A DNA stretch of 64,000 bases from an uncultured Verrucomicrobiales bacterium (GTDB taxonomy: Bacteria; Verrucomicrobiota; Verrucomicrobiia; Verrucomicrobiales; Akkermansiaceae), in assembly GCA_963925135.1 (NCBI GenBank), contig CAWUTG010000045.1:1946-65945 (forward strand), in the 5' to 3' direction. Position numbers and translations under genes: made by a program. Below the pieces are notes generated by a model that worked only from the letters and a program-made list of their open reading frames with translations, was not told the DNA's origin and did no database searches. Shown piece by piece: positions 45,845 through 57,789 of the stretch; position 1 is the first letter of the stretch; each line of letters begins with the position of its first letter.

Positions 45845-46633
45845 TTAGGGCTTCCACCTGCGGTAGTCGAGCAGGTGATGGGTGAGCAGGAGAATGAAGG
45901 ACGTGGTCGCGAGATAGTAGGCGAAGGGCCGGGTATCGAGCAGGCCTCTTGAGAAGCTACGAAGATGATTTTGACTGGAGACGAAGTCGAAGACCGGAGC
46001 GGCTGCGATTTGGTCGCCGAATTGTGTCGTGACCAGGCCGAGGAAGAAGTGAACAAGGAGGATTCCAACGCAGACTACCCCGGCAATGATTTGGCTGGAG
46101 GTCATGACCGAGGCCAGGCAGCCGAAGGCGGTGAAGAGTGCGCCCATGAGCAAGATGATAGTCATGGCCCCGTAGAGTTCGCCCGAAGCAAAGGGCGGTG
46201 GGATATCGGTGATAAGGGTAAAGAGTTCGAAGTGAATGAATGCGGGGATCCAAAGCACGATAAAGCAGATGTAGGCGGCGAAGAACTTGGAGAGGACAAC
46301 CTGCCAGGTGCGGACCGGTGCAGTGAGGAGTCCTTCAAGAGTCCCGGAGCGATTTTCCTCTGAGAAGAGCCGCATCGTCAGGACCGGGAAGAGGATGAGA
46401 AAGTAGAACCAGAAGAAGGGTGAGTTGAAGTTGAGGTGAACCAGGCTTTCATTCTGGGACTCGGTTTCAAACTTTTCGAGGGTGGTCGAGAGCACGAACC
46501 CCTGCATCAGGGCGGCGAAGGTCAGGATGAGCCAGCCGAATGGTGTCAGGAAGTAGGTCTTAAGCTCCTTAAAGAGGAGGATTCGAAAGGTGCGCATGGG
46601 GATCGTGGGTTTAGTCCTTTCGGGTGAGTTCAA
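45845..46633 (-). CDS. ABC-2 type transporter permease (GldF-like)
   Basis: About six predicted TM helices (FGWLILTFAALMQGFVL, FFWFYFLILFPVLTM, FAAYICFIVLWIPAFI, MTIILLMGALFTAFGCLA, IIAGVVCVGILLVHFFL, YYLATTSFILLLT). Overlaps the ATPase gene by 23 nt. An alternative start is ATG 46597. Confidence 0.75.
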   Translation of the reverse strand: MNSPERTKPTIPMRTFRILLFKELKTYFLTPFGWLILTFAALMQGFVLSTTLEKFETESQNESLVHLNFNSPFFWFYFLILFPVLTMRLFSEENRSGTLEGLLTAPVRTWQVVLSKFFAAYICFIVLWIPAFIHFELFTLITDIPPPFASGELYGAMTIILLMGALFTAFGCLASVMTSSQIIAGVVCVGILLVHFFLGLVTTQFGDQIAAAPVFDFVSSQNHLRSFSRGLLDTRPFAYYLATTSFILLLTHHLLDYRRWKP

Positions 46634-47543
46634 CGAAAACTTCCTCGAGCGTTCCGGCCCGACGGCTCAGGGAGCGGAGAGGCCAGCGGTTTTCGTTGGC
46701 GAGATTGGAGAGCTTGAGGCGGGTGTCGGTATTGGGAGCCACAAAAATGGTGAAGCGGTTCCAGCCATCTTGCAGGGACTCGGAGTTGACCTTGGTGACG
46801 ACGTCGATGGAACTGAGAAGGGGTTCGGCGATCGCGATGGGCACTTGAAGTTCTACCGTGATCCTGCCTGCCCGGCGCATGGAATCGACGAGATTCTTCG
46901 GGGTGTCGGCGGCTTTGACGCGACCTCCATCGATGATGACGACCTTGTTACAGGTCATCTCCACTTCGCTGAGGATGTGGGTGGAAAGCAGGATGGTGTG
47001 CTTTTCGCCAAGATTTTGAATGAGACGGCGAATGGCCCGGATTTGGTTGGGGTCGAGTCCGTTCGTGGGTTCGTCGAGAATGAGGAGATCGGGCTCGTGG
47101 ATTAGGGCATCGGCAAGACCGACCCGCTGGCGATAGCCTTTTGAGAGGGTTTTGATCATTTTACGCCGGACATCGGTCAGGCCGCAGATGTCGAGGACTT
47201 CGCCGAGGCGTGTCCGGAGGCGGCTGCCGCTCAGCCCACGAAGGGCGCCCCGGAAGCGAAGATATTCATTAACCCGCATTTCGGTGTAGAGCGGGACATT
47301 TTCGGGCATGTAGCCGATGCGCTTCCGAACTTCGAGGGATTCGCGGAAGATGTCGTGGCCCGCAATCCTTGCCGCGCCCGAGGTTGGAGGGAGAAATCCG
47401 GTCAGCATCCGGAGGGTCGTGGTCTTCCCGGCGCCGTTGGGACCAAGAAAACCCACAATCTCGCCTTGGGCGACTTCGAAGGAAATCTTATCGACAGCCA
47501 GGTGGCGTCCATAGCTTTTGCTGAGATCTGCAATCTCGATCAT
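46611..47543 (-). CDS. ABC transporter ATP-binding protein (GldA-like)
   Basis: Walker A GPNGAGKTTT, Q-loop, signature LSKGYRQRVGLA, Walker B LLILDEPTNGLD, H-loop STHIL. Confidence 0.9.
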   Translation of the reverse strand: MIEIADLSKSYGRHLAVDKISFEVAQGEIVGFLGPNGAGKTTTLRMLTGFLPPTSGAARIAGHDIFRESLEVRKRIGYMPENVPLYTEMRVNEYLRFRGALRGLSGSRLRTRLGEVLDICGLTDVRRKMIKTLSKGYRQRVGLADALIHEPDLLILDEPTNGLDPNQIRAIRRLIQNLGEKHTILLSTHILSEVEMTCNKVVIIDGGRVKAADTPKNLVDSMRRAGRITVELQVPIAIAEPLLSSIDVVTKVNSESLQDGWNRFTIFVAPNTDTRLKLSNLANENRWPLRSLSRRAGTLEEVFVELTRKD

Positions 47544-47673
47544 GCGAATTTTAAGGTGGAATCGGGAGTTGAGCGATTGACTCGCGGAGGTGTGGGCTTT
47601 AACTAACGGCTCAATGAGTGTTCTCCAAGCCTGAAACTCTCAGCCGATCGAATTCCGCGCCCTTCTAGTCTCC

Positions 47674-50451
47674 ATGTCCTCCCACATCTCACCTCGGCTC
47701 AATGCCGCTCTTTTGGACGAAAAATACGCACAATGGTGCGACGACCCTCATTCTGTCGAAGATACCTGGGGCGCGTTCTTTGAAGGTTTCGAGCTTGGCT
47801 CGACTTTGCCGAAAAAAGGTGGGCCCGCAGGAGTGCCTGCCCAGTCAGGTCCTGTCGATCAACGACTTTCAGAGGATCAGCTCTCGTTCCGCGGAAAGGT
47901 TGTGAGTCTCATTTATAATTACCGGACTCTCGGCCACACCCAGTCGCACATCAATCCTTTGGAGGCGGAAGCCCCACGAAATCCCCGTTTGGCTCCGGAG
48001 GCCTTTGGGTTGACGGATGCCGATCTTGATCGCGAGGCCGCGACTCAATTTTTTCGATCAGGAGAGCCCACGCCCTTGCGTAATTTAATCTCCGAGTTGG
48101 AAGTGACCTATTCCAGTAAGATTGGTTTCGAGTTCATGCACATCCACGATACCGATGTTCGGAACTGGATTCGCCATCGCGTCGAGAATCGTCCTTCCGA
48201 CCCCGGTCTGACAGCGACTCAGAAGAAGAAAGCCCTGAATTGGCTCATGGAGTCCGAGTTGTTTGAGGCCTTCCTCGGGAAGAAGTTCCTCGGAGAGAAG
48301 CGATTTTCGCTCGAAGGAGGTGAAGGCACGATGATTCTTCTGAATCGGATTTTGGAAATGTGCCCTGCTGCGGGCGTGAAGGAGATCGAGATGGGGATGG
48401 CCCACCGGGGTCGCTTGAATATCCTTGCGCAGTTTGTGAAGAAATCGATCGCGACTCTTCTTTACGAATTTACTCCCAACTACGTTCCCGACCTCGTTGC
48501 AGGTGACGGCGACGTGAAATATCACCTCGGCTATGAAAAGGTGCGTCAATTGGAAGACGGACATGTCCGTGTGAGTCTCGCGGCGAACCCAAGTCACCTC
48601 GAAGCGGTCAATTCTGTCGTTGAAGGCAAGGCCAGGGCCCGTCAGCGTCTCATCGGAGACGATGGTGCGATGACCAACCGCAAAGTCGTCTTGCCACTCT
48701 TGATTCACGGTGATGCTGCGATGGCCGGACAGGGTCCGGTCGCCGAAGTGTTAAACCTTTCCCAACTTGAGGGCTATCGGACCGGTGGCACCATTCACGT
48801 GGTGATTAACAACCAGATTGGTTTCACCACGATGCCCGAGGATGCGCGTTCCTCGCCTTACGCGACTGACGTTGCGAAAATGATCGAGGCTCCAATTCTC
48901 CATGTGAATGGTGAGAGCCCCGAGGATCTCTTCTGGGCGGCGGCATTCGCTCTCGATTTCCGTCAAACCTTCGGGCGGGATGTCGTGATCGACATGTATT
49001 GCTACCGTCGTCAGGGACACAATGAAACCGATCAGGCAGCCTTTACCCAACCTCATATTTACCGGGCCATTGCCAAGCGCAAAACGGCGGGGCAACTTTA
49101 CCAAGACGAACTGGTCCAATCCGGCGTCATCACGGCGGAAGAGGGGCAAGCGGTTTATGATGAGATTTGGCAAGGCCTTGAGGCCGGGTTGGAGGACATG
49201 CGACGTCATGAGGAAGACGGTGAATTTGATGTCTATACTGGATCCACGGCCGAAGCCCAACCTCCTTACAGTCATGATCCCATCACGACGGGGATCGGTC
49301 TGGAAACCCTTCAGTACATTGGCAAAAAGCTCACGACCGTTCCCGAAGGCTTTGAGCTTCACCCGACTTTGGCCAAGCGCTTTGTGCCCCGGCGCATCGA
49401 GGCTCTTAAAGATGGAGGCCCCTTCGACTGGGCCTTTGCTGAAGCCCTCGCCTTTGGTTCGCTGTTGATCGAGGGATTCCCGGTCCGGCTATCCGGTCAG
49501 GATTGCCGACGTGGAACCTTCAGCCAGCGCCACGCGGTGTTTTATGATTACAACACCCGCGAGCGTTATGTGCCACTTTGTGAATTGACTGACGAGCAGG
49601 AGCGATTCTGCGTCTATAACAGTCTTCTTTCTGAAGTAGCTGTGCTTGGATTTGATTACGGTTATTCTCTGGGATGTCCAAATATGCTGATTCTTTGGGA
49701 AGCACAATTCGGTGACTTTGCCAACGGAGCCCAGGTGATCATCGACCAGTTTATCTCCTCAGCCGAGTCGAAATGGCAAACGCCGAGTTCGATGGTGATG
49801 CTACTTCCACACGGATACGAGGGGATGGGGCCCGAGCACTCGAGTGCCCGTCTTGAGCGCTTTCTCCAGCTTTGTGCCGAGAAAAATATGATCATAGGTA
49901 ACTTCACGACGCCTGCACAATATTTTCACGCTCTGCGTCGTCAGAAGCATTCGCCGGTTCGCAAGCCTCTCATCCTGATGACTCCTAAAAGTCTGCTCAC
50001 GCACCCAAAGGCGATCTCGCACATTGAGGACTTCCTGGATGAATCAACTTTCCGTGAAGTGCTTCCTGATACCTTCGAATTCGAAAAGCCGGAGAACGTG
50101 AGTCGCGTGATTTTCTGCTCTGGCAAGGTCTACTACGACCTCATGGCCTACCGCGAAGAGTTCAATATCAAGCACGCCGCGATCGTCCGGATCGAGCAAC
50201 TTTATCCCTTGCACACTGACGAGATCCAAATGGTCATCAGTCCGTATCGTTCGGCGAAGCGCTTTGTGTGGTGTCAGGAAGAGCCGCTGAACATGGGGGC
50301 GTGGTCCTTTATGCAGCCCCGGCTCTCCAATCTCACCGGCACCCGTGTTCGATACGCTGGCCGTGAGCGTGCCTCCAGTCCCTCCACCGGCTCCAAGGCC
50401 GTTCACAAGCGCGAACAAAAGCGTCTTTGCGAGCAAGCCTTCTCCTCATAA
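47674..50451 (+). CDS. sucA: 2-oxoglutarate dehydrogenase E1 component
   Basis: 925 aa. Typical E1o blocks: [87 protein letters not shown]. Confidence 0.9.
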   Translation: MSSHISPRLNAALLDEKYAQWCDDPHSVEDTWGAFFEGFELGSTLPKKGGPAGVPAQSGPVDQRLSEDQLSFRGKVVSLIYNYRTLGHTQSHINPLEAEAPRNPRLAPEAFGLTDADLDREAATQFFRSGEPTPLRNLISELEVTYSSKIGFEFMHIHDTDVRNWIRHRVENRPSDPGLTATQKKKALNWLMESELFEAFLGKKFLGEKRFSLEGGEGTMILLNRILEMCPAAGVKEIEMGMAHRGRLNILAQFVKKSIATLLYEFTPNYVPDLVAGDGDVKYHLGYEKVRQLEDGHVRVSLAANPSHLEAVNSVVEGKARARQRLIGDDGAMTNRKVVLPLLIHGDAAMAGQGPVAEVLNLSQLEGYRTGGTIHVVINNQIGFTTMPEDARSSPYATDVAKMIEAPILHVNGESPEDLFWAAAFALDFRQTFGRDVVIDMYCYRRQGHNETDQAAFTQPHIYRAIAKRKTAGQLYQDELVQSGVITAEEGQAVYDEIWQGLEAGLEDMRRHEEDGEFDVYTGSTAEAQPPYSHDPITTGIGLETLQYIGKKLTTVPEGFELHPTLAKRFVPRRIEALKDGGPFDWAFAEALAFGSLLIEGFPVRLSGQDCRRGTFSQRHAVFYDYNTRERYVPLCELTDEQERFCVYNSLLSEVAVLGFDYGYSLGCPNMLILWEAQFGDFANGAQVIIDQFISSAESKWQTPSSMVMLLPHGYEGMGPEHSSARLERFLQLCAEKNMIIGNFTTPAQYFHALRRQKHSPVRKPLILMTPKSLLTHPKAISHIEDFLDESTFREVLPDTFEFEKPENVSRVIFCSGKVYYDLMAYREEFNIKHAAIVRIEQLYPLHTDEIQMVISPYRSAKRFVWCQEEPLNMGAWSFMQPRLSNLTGTRVRYAGRERASSPSTGSKAVHKREQKRLCEQAFSS

Positions 50452-50489
50452 TATCCGCTTCCATTTCATTTCCCACCGTCCGTTCTACG

Positions 50490-51902
50490 ATGTCCCACGA
50501 AATCATTATCCCGCCCGCTGGCGATTCGATCACTTCCGCCCTCGTCGCCCAATGGCATCATGCCGACGGCGCGACGGTGAACAAAGGCGATGTCCTTGTG
50601 ACCCTTGAGACGGACAAGGTCTCGACCGAGCTTGAAGCCGAGGTTTCGGGAATATTGAGCATTGCCACTCCCGAAGGTCAAGAAGTGGCCATCGGAACCA
50701 TGATTGGTTCGATTGCCGAGGGTGCCGGGAACTCCGAGCCCGCCGCGACTCCTTCAGAGGAATCATCCGCTCCTGCAGAAGTGCCTGCACCTACGGCAAG
50801 CCCGGTGGCGGAACCGAAGCCCACGGGTGAAACCCTTTCCATCAAAGTGCCATCGGCGGGTGAATCGATTACCTCCGCAACGGTAGCCGCCTGGTCCGTG
50901 AAGAGCGGCGATTTTGTCAACAAGGGCGATGTCCTTGTTAGTCTTGACACCGATAAGGTCTCCAGCGAACTCGAGGCTGAAGCCAGTGGAATTGTTCAAA
51001 TTGATATCGAGGAAGGCACGGAAGTTGAGATTGGCGCCATCCTTGGTTCCATCGCGGTGTCCGATGGTCCCGCTCCTGCAACACCTGCTGCAGCAGCTCC
51101 GGCGCCCACTTCAGAGACCTCGGCAGCCAGGGCCCCGGCACCTGTATCACAAGCAAAGTCCGCTCCGGCTCCCAAGCCAGCTGCCTCGGCACCTGCCGAA
51201 GAAGGTCGCGTGACCCGTCGTAAGATGTCTCCGCTTCGCCGCAAGATCGCGACCCATCTCGTCAACGCCCAGCAAACAGCAGCGATCCTGACGACCTTCA
51301 ATGAGGTTGATATGACCGAGGTGATGAAGCTTCGCAAAGTCGTCCAGGATGACTTTGTGGCAAAGCACGGTGTGAAGCTCGGCTTCATGTCTCTGTTCAC
51401 CAAAGCGGTGGTGCAGGCTCTGAAGGACGTGCCTTCGATCAATGCCCGCATTGAAGAGAATGAGGTTATCGAAAATCACTTTTACGATATCGGAATCGCG
51501 ATTGGCACCGAGAAGGGGCTCATTGTTCCCGTCGTGCGTGATGCCGATCAAAAATCGTTTGCCGAAATTGAAAAGGACATCATGGGCTATGCTCAGAAGG
51601 CCAAGGCGGGTAAAATTGAACTTTCTGATTTGACCGGCGGCGTCTTCACGATCTCCAACGGTGGTGTTTACGGGTCGCTTTTGAGCACTCCGATTCTGAA
51701 TCCTCCCCAAAGTGGAATTCTGGGAATGCACACGATTCAACAACGTCCGATGGCCGTGAATGGAGAAGTCGTCATCCGCCCCATGATGTATCTCGCCATG
51801 AGCTACGATCACCGGCTTGTCGACGGTAAGGAAGCAGTGACCTTCCTCATTCGGATCAAGGACTGCCTTGAGAATCCGACGCGGATGATGCTTGAGATGT
51901 AA
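50490..51902 (+). CDS. sucB: Dihydrolipoyllysine-residue succinyltransferase (E2o) with two lipoyl domains
   Basis: ORF 50427-51902. Start set to ATG 50490 ([17 protein letters not shown]). Two lipoyl-attachment motifs [15 protein letters not shown] and [15 protein letters not shown]. Ala/Pro linkers. Catalytic DHRLVDG near the C-terminus. Confidence 0.9.
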   Translation: MSHEIIIPPAGDSITSALVAQWHHADGATVNKGDVLVTLETDKVSTELEAEVSGILSIATPEGQEVAIGTMIGSIAEGAGNSEPAATPSEESSAPAEVPAPTASPVAEPKPTGETLSIKVPSAGESITSATVAAWSVKSGDFVNKGDVLVSLDTDKVSSELEAEASGIVQIDIEEGTEVEIGAILGSIAVSDGPAPATPAAAAPAPTSETSAARAPAPVSQAKSAPAPKPAASAPAEEGRVTRRKMSPLRRKIATHLVNAQQTAAILTTFNEVDMTEVMKLRKVVQDDFVAKHGVKLGFMSLFTKAVVQALKDVPSINARIEENEVIENHFYDIGIAIGTEKGLIVPVVRDADQKSFAEIEKDIMGYAQKAKAGKIELSDLTGGVFTISNGGVYGSLLSTPILNPPQSGILGMHTIQQRPMAVNGEVVIRPMMYLAMSYDHRLVDGKEAVTFLIRIKDCLENPTRMMLEM

Positions 51903-51919
51903 GGATTCTGGGACCCGGC

Positions 51920-54085
<2,166 letters not shown>

Positions 54086-54349
54086 CTAGAGGTCTGGGGA
54101 TCCCGCGGCAAGGATTGTCGAGCGCCGGGAGGTGGAAGTTTTTTACAAAGAAGCCCCGGAATTCTCATCGCGGGTTTTGCATCTGGCCTGCAATCTTTGC
54201 ACAAGATGAATGGATGGAAAAGCGGTCGCTTCAAGCCGGTCGAGCCCTCGGGTCAAAAGGGGGGCTATCGAAAGATCCAGCGCGGTGAAGGGCGGGCGAT
54301 GGTAAAAGGCCTTCAGCCCACGCGCTCCGGGTCGTCAGGAGAGCTTGCG

Positions 54350-54589
54350 ATGAAATGGCACGGCAGGGTGCTTTCAGTGCTGGCTTTGATCGGTCCAGTA
54401 TCCATCGCTGCGGCACTTGTGCTGAAAATTCAGGGGATTGGGCCTCTGTGGCTTGCTGGATTTTTCCTTTCGATCGTTTATCTGGTCGGAGTGGAAGTCA
54501 TCACGGGTCAGGAAATTCCCGGACGTGGACTGGCAATGATTCTTGCGCTGAGTCCTATCGTATTTGGCATCATTACGAGCTTCATTTGA
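54350..54589 (+). CDS. Small hypothetical membrane protein (79 aa, 2-3 TM)
   Basis: This is the part of ORF 53855-54589 that does not overlap ligA: MKWHGRVLSVLALIGPVSIAAALVLKIQGIGPLWLAGFFLSIVYLVGVEVITG...LAMILALSPIVFGIITSFI. The start is uncertain and I recognise no family. Confidence 0.4.
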   Translation: MKWHGRVLSVLALIGPVSIAAALVLKIQGIGPLWLAGFFLSIVYLVGVEVITGQEIPGRGLAMILALSPIVFGIITSFI

Positions 54590-54594
54590 CGATC

Positions 54595-55080
54595 CTAAAT
54601 TGACGAGGTCTTGCGAAGGTGAGCAAGGAGTCCGGCGGCACCATCTTCGATCAAATCGGCGACGAGTTCGAATCCTTCATCACCGCCGTAGTAGGGATCG
54701 GGGACCTCGTTGTGGCTGTGTTGGGCGCAGAAGTCGGTGAATTTATGGACACGGGAGCGATGGTCGTCGGTTTTGGCGAGTTTCATGACGTTGGCGTAAT
54801 TTTCGTCGTCCATGGTTAGAATGAGGTCAAAATTTTCGAAATCCCTTACTGCGAACTGACGGGCTGAGCCGGAAACCTGGTATCCCCGTTTTTGGATGGT
54901 TTTGGTCATCCTTGCGTCGGGCTTCTTACCGGTGTGGAAGCCGATGGTTCCTGCGGAGTCGCATTTAATAGTATCGGAGAGTTGCTCTTTGACCAGAAGG
55001 TGTCGGAAAATGTTCTCACCCGCGGGGGAGCGGCAGATGTTCCCCATGCAAACGAAGAGGACCTGGCAGGTGGGAGTCAT
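54595..55080 (-). CDS. Low-molecular-weight protein-tyrosine phosphatase
   Basis: ORF 54595-55122. Start set to ATG 55080 (MTPTCQVLFVCMGNICRSPAGE). P-loop CMGNICRS (CX5R-S) and Asp loop DPYYGG. Confidence 0.85.
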   Translation of the reverse strand: MTPTCQVLFVCMGNICRSPAGENIFRHLLVKEQLSDTIKCDSAGTIGFHTGKKPDARMTKTIQKRGYQVSGSARQFAVRDFENFDLILTMDDENYANVMKLAKTDDHRSRVHKFTDFCAQHSHNEVPDPYYGGDEGFELVADLIEDGAAGLLAHLRKTSSI

Positions 55081-55082
55081 GA

Positions 55083-55457
55083 GTCCAATTAAAGGAGAGG
55101 TCCGCATCTCTGGCAACCTCACAGGCCTCCTATTACCCGACCTACGACGGTAATGGCAACGTCAGTGAATACCTTGATGGCAGCGGTGTGTCCCAAGCCC
55201 ACTACGCATATGATGGCTTCGGGAACCTGGCAATCACGCCCCCTGGCAGCAAAGCAGGTGACTTCGCCCAACGCTTCAGCACGAAGTTTCGCGATGAAGA
55301 ATCCGCCCTCGACGTCGGCGATAACACTGCCAGCTCCACCCCCACCAACCAGATCGGCATCACCTCCACACTCGGCGCCACGAGCTTCTCCGTCACCGCC
55401 ACAACCCCATCTCCCGAAAAGGCATTCTACCTCTTTGAAGCCATCCACGTCCCCTGA
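55083..55457 (+). pseudogene. Start-less remnant of an RHS/YD-repeat protein core fused to an unrelated C-terminal tail
   Basis: The frame is open from 55083, directly after a TGA. Its first start-type codon is GTG 55188. Translation: ...SYYPTYDGNGNVSEYLDGSGVSQAHYAYDGFGNLAITPPGSKAGDFAQRFSTKFRDEESAL..., the last YD repeats of an Rhs core (Y.YD.FGN ... F.FSTK..D.E). The usual continuation (YYG.RYY...DP) is absent. The tail is ...SFSVTATTPSPEKAFYLFEAIHVP*. Confidence 0.5.
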
Positions 55458-55598
55458 TCCAGCCGCATGCGGGATGAGAGCCATCCGTAAATGGGGTCAG
55501 TCCCTGCTAATTAACATCGGACCGCTCTTTCTGATCCGCCACGATAGCCAAGCCGTCAGGTAGCGACCGTCTCATTCTGCAAGTTATCTGGCCTTTGC

Positions 55599-55901
55599 TT
55601 AGAAATTTCTTAGCATCTCCAGCACTTCATCCAGCTTCTCGCCCGGTCTTGTCTTCGTCAGCCTCGGATGCCTCGATCCATCCATCAGGATAGGGCTCCC
55701 GTTGCTTTGGAGCATCAGTCTCTGTCCGGAAATCTCCATGGAGGTGATTTGGTTGGAGGCGGCTTCGTCTTTGATGCGGGCGATGGTTAGGAGGTTCTGG
55801 ATGGGGGTGGGGGAGGCGGCCGTGGCGATCCTGCCAGTTTTTCTCGAGGTCGGTGATGGATTTGGGGGGTGTTGGCTTCGGCGAGTTCGCCGAAACTTCA
55901 T
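55599..55901 (-). CDS. Hypothetical small protein (doubtful)
   Basis: 100-codon ORF in the spacer between the RHS remnant and rpsM. The N-terminal half is low-complexity and basic (RRTRRSQHPPNPSPTSRK). The C-terminal half (ISGQRLMLQSNGSPILMDGSRHPRLTKTRPGEKLDEVLEMLRNF) looks protein-like. I recognise no family. Confidence 0.25.
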   Translation of the reverse strand: MKFRRTRRSQHPPNPSPTSRKTGRIATAASPTPIQNLLTIARIKDEAASNQITSMEISGQRLMLQSNGSPILMDGSRHPRLTKTRPGEKLDEVLEMLRNF

Positions 55902-56007
55902 GAAAAGTGCCGAATTCCTCTTGCCAGAGAGGTCAGCTCTGATACAGAACTCGTCCCCGCATAAATGCAGTAGGCATTTTTACAGGAACTTCTGAACATT
56001 TACGATC

Positions 56008-56376
56008 ATGGCACGACTTTTCGGCACAGACATCCCAAATGAGAAGCGTATTGAAGCCTCTCTCCCTTACATCTTCGGCATCGGTCGCTCGACCGCAGCG
56101 AAGATTCTTGAGCACGCAGGCGTTAGCCCTGACATTCGCACTGGTGAACTTAGCGAGGAACAACTCGTTAAGATCGCAACAGTGATCCAAAACGAGGGAA
56201 TCCTTATTGAGGGTGACCTTCGTCGTGAGCAACAGGGCCAGATGAAGCGCCTCGCCTCTATTAACTGCTACCGCGGAATTCGTCACAAGCGTGGCCTTCC
56301 TGTCCGTGGTCAGCGCACCAGCACCAACGCCCGTACTCGCAAGGGTAAGCGGAAGACCGTGGGTGTTGCCAAGTAA
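56008..56376 (+). CDS. rpsM: 30S ribosomal protein S13
   Basis: [39 protein letters not shown]...[26 protein letters not shown]. Confidence 0.95.
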   Translation: MARLFGTDIPNEKRIEASLPYIFGIGRSTAAKILEHAGVSPDIRTGELSEEQLVKIATVIQNEGILIEGDLRREQQGQMKRLASINCYRGIRHKRGLPVRGQRTSTNARTRKGKRKTVGVAK

Positions 56377-56420
56377 GACCTCTTTGTTGAGCGTCAATTG
56401 CAAATTTTCATTCCACTAAA

Positions 56421-57029
56421 ATGGCTGAAGAAGAGAACAAAAATGAGGAGACCGAGGTCGTGGCTGCAGATGCAGTGACTCCTACGGAAACTCCAGCCCC
56501 TGAGGCGGCTGCTGAAGAAGCAGCTCCAGAAGCATCCGATTCGGAAGCTCCTGTTGCGGGTGAACGAACCGAGGCTGAGGCCGCGGCACCGAAAGAGGAG
56601 AAGAAACGCGATATTTTCGCTGAACTTCTCGGAGAAGAGGATCCTGACAAGGTTAAGATCCACAAGTCGAAGAAGAGCAAAAACGTGACCAAGGGTCTCG
56701 TTCACATCACTGCGACTTTCAACAACACAACCGTTACCGTCACCGACGAGCGAGGCAACACCGTCGGGTGGTCCTCCTCTGGCAAGATGGGCTTCAAAGG
56801 TTCTCGTAAGAGCACCGCCTATGCAGCACAGGTTGTTTCCCAGGATGCTTGCCGGCAGGCAATGTCCCACGGATTGAAAGAAGTCGTCGTCCGGGTCAAA
56901 GGTCCGGGTGCTGGTCGTGAATCTGCAGTTCGTGCCGTGCAAGGTCTCGGTATCGATGTCACTGCGATCCTCGATGTGACTCCAATTCCTCACAATGGCT
57001 GCCGTCCCAAGAAGGCACGTCGTGTCTAA
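56421..57029 (+). CDS. rpsK: 30S ribosomal protein S11 with ~80-aa acidic N-terminal extension
   Basis: The core [47 protein letters not shown]...[16 protein letters not shown] is canonical S11. It is preceded by [44 protein letters not shown]... There is no alternative in-frame ATG/GTG/TTG before the core. Confidence 0.9.
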   Translation: MAEEENKNEETEVVAADAVTPTETPAPEAAAEEAAPEASDSEAPVAGERTEAEAAAPKEEKKRDIFAELLGEEDPDKVKIHKSKKSKNVTKGLVHITATFNNTTVTVTDERGNTVGWSSSGKMGFKGSRKSTAYAAQVVSQDACRQAMSHGLKEVVVRVKGPGAGRESAVRAVQGLGIDVTAILDVTPIPHNGCRPKKARRV

Positions 57030-57064
57030 TTCATCTTCAACCTTAATTTTAGAAAGACAGATCA

Positions 57065-57676
57065 ATGGCACGTTATACTGGCCCAAAAGATAAAATCAAC
57101 CGCCGCTTCGGAGTCCCTCTTTTTGGGCCTTCCAAAGCTCTCGACCGTCGCAACTACCCACCAGGCCCACACGGTCTCCGTTCCGGACGTCGTAAAAAGT
57201 CTGATTACGCGATTGCTCTCGGTGAGAAGCAAAAGTTGAAATTCATGTTCGGAGTGCTTGAAAAGCAGTTCCGCGGATACTTCGCCGAAGCAACCCGTCG
57301 CCGTGGAATTACCGGCGACATCATGCTCCAACTCCTTGAGACCCGTCTCGACAATGTTTGCTACCGCCTCGGCTTCGGCAACTCACGTCAGGCAGCTCGT
57401 CAGCTCGTCAACCACGGTCACGTCCTCGTGAACGGCAAGAAGCTTGATATTGTTTCTTACCAGGTTCGCTCGGGTGATGTGATCAAGGTTGGTGACCGCG
57501 CTTCTTCGCAGCAGCTCGGACTCCGCATGCTCGACCTGACTCAATCAGTTCCTCTGATGGATTGGTTGACTCTCGACCGTGAGAAGATGGAAGGCACTGT
57601 GTCACGTCTCCCTGAGAAGGAAGACCTCGACTCACCAGTGAACCTCCAGCTCGTCGTCGAACTTTACTCACGTTAA
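57065..57676 (+). CDS. rpsD: 30S ribosomal protein S4
   Basis: MARYTGPKDKINRRFGVPLF...LETRLDNVCYRLGFGNSRQAARQLVNHGHVLVNGKKLDIVSYQV (S4 domain). Confidence 0.95.
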   Translation: MARYTGPKDKINRRFGVPLFGPSKALDRRNYPPGPHGLRSGRRKKSDYAIALGEKQKLKFMFGVLEKQFRGYFAEATRRRGITGDIMLQLLETRLDNVCYRLGFGNSRQAARQLVNHGHVLVNGKKLDIVSYQVRSGDVIKVGDRASSQQLGLRMLDLTQSVPLMDWLTLDREKMEGTVSRLPEKEDLDSPVNLQLVVELYSR

Positions 57677-57695
57677 AGTTCCCGAAATCCTTCAA

Positions 57696-57729
57696 AACCC
57701 CGTTTCGAGTAATCGAAGCGGGGTTTTTT
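57696..57729 (+). terminator. Rho-independent terminator after rpsD
   Basis: aaccccgtttcga (57696-57708) / loop gtaa / tcgaagcggggtt (57713-57725) with one G-U pair. The T6 run 57724-57729 begins inside the 3' arm. Located 20 nt after the stop. Confidence 0.75.
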
Positions 57730-57789
57730 ACGGTCTGGAAGCACCGAAAATTGTCTGCTCGCCGGGCTGAATAATGCTACCTTCTGCTT

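Noticed and set aside
50490-51100. Internal DNA similarity between the two lipoyl-domain coding segments of sucB, considered as a repeat of interest.
   Set aside because: This is ordinary domain duplication. E2 proteins commonly have 1-3 lipoyl domains, so it is not unusual.
55153-55563. 136-codon + ORF overlapping the RHS remnant in another frame (…PAPPPPTRSASPPHSAPRASPSPPQPHLPK…).
   Set aside because: It is Pro/Ser/Ala low-complexity. The alternative frame carries the recognisable YD-repeat sequence.
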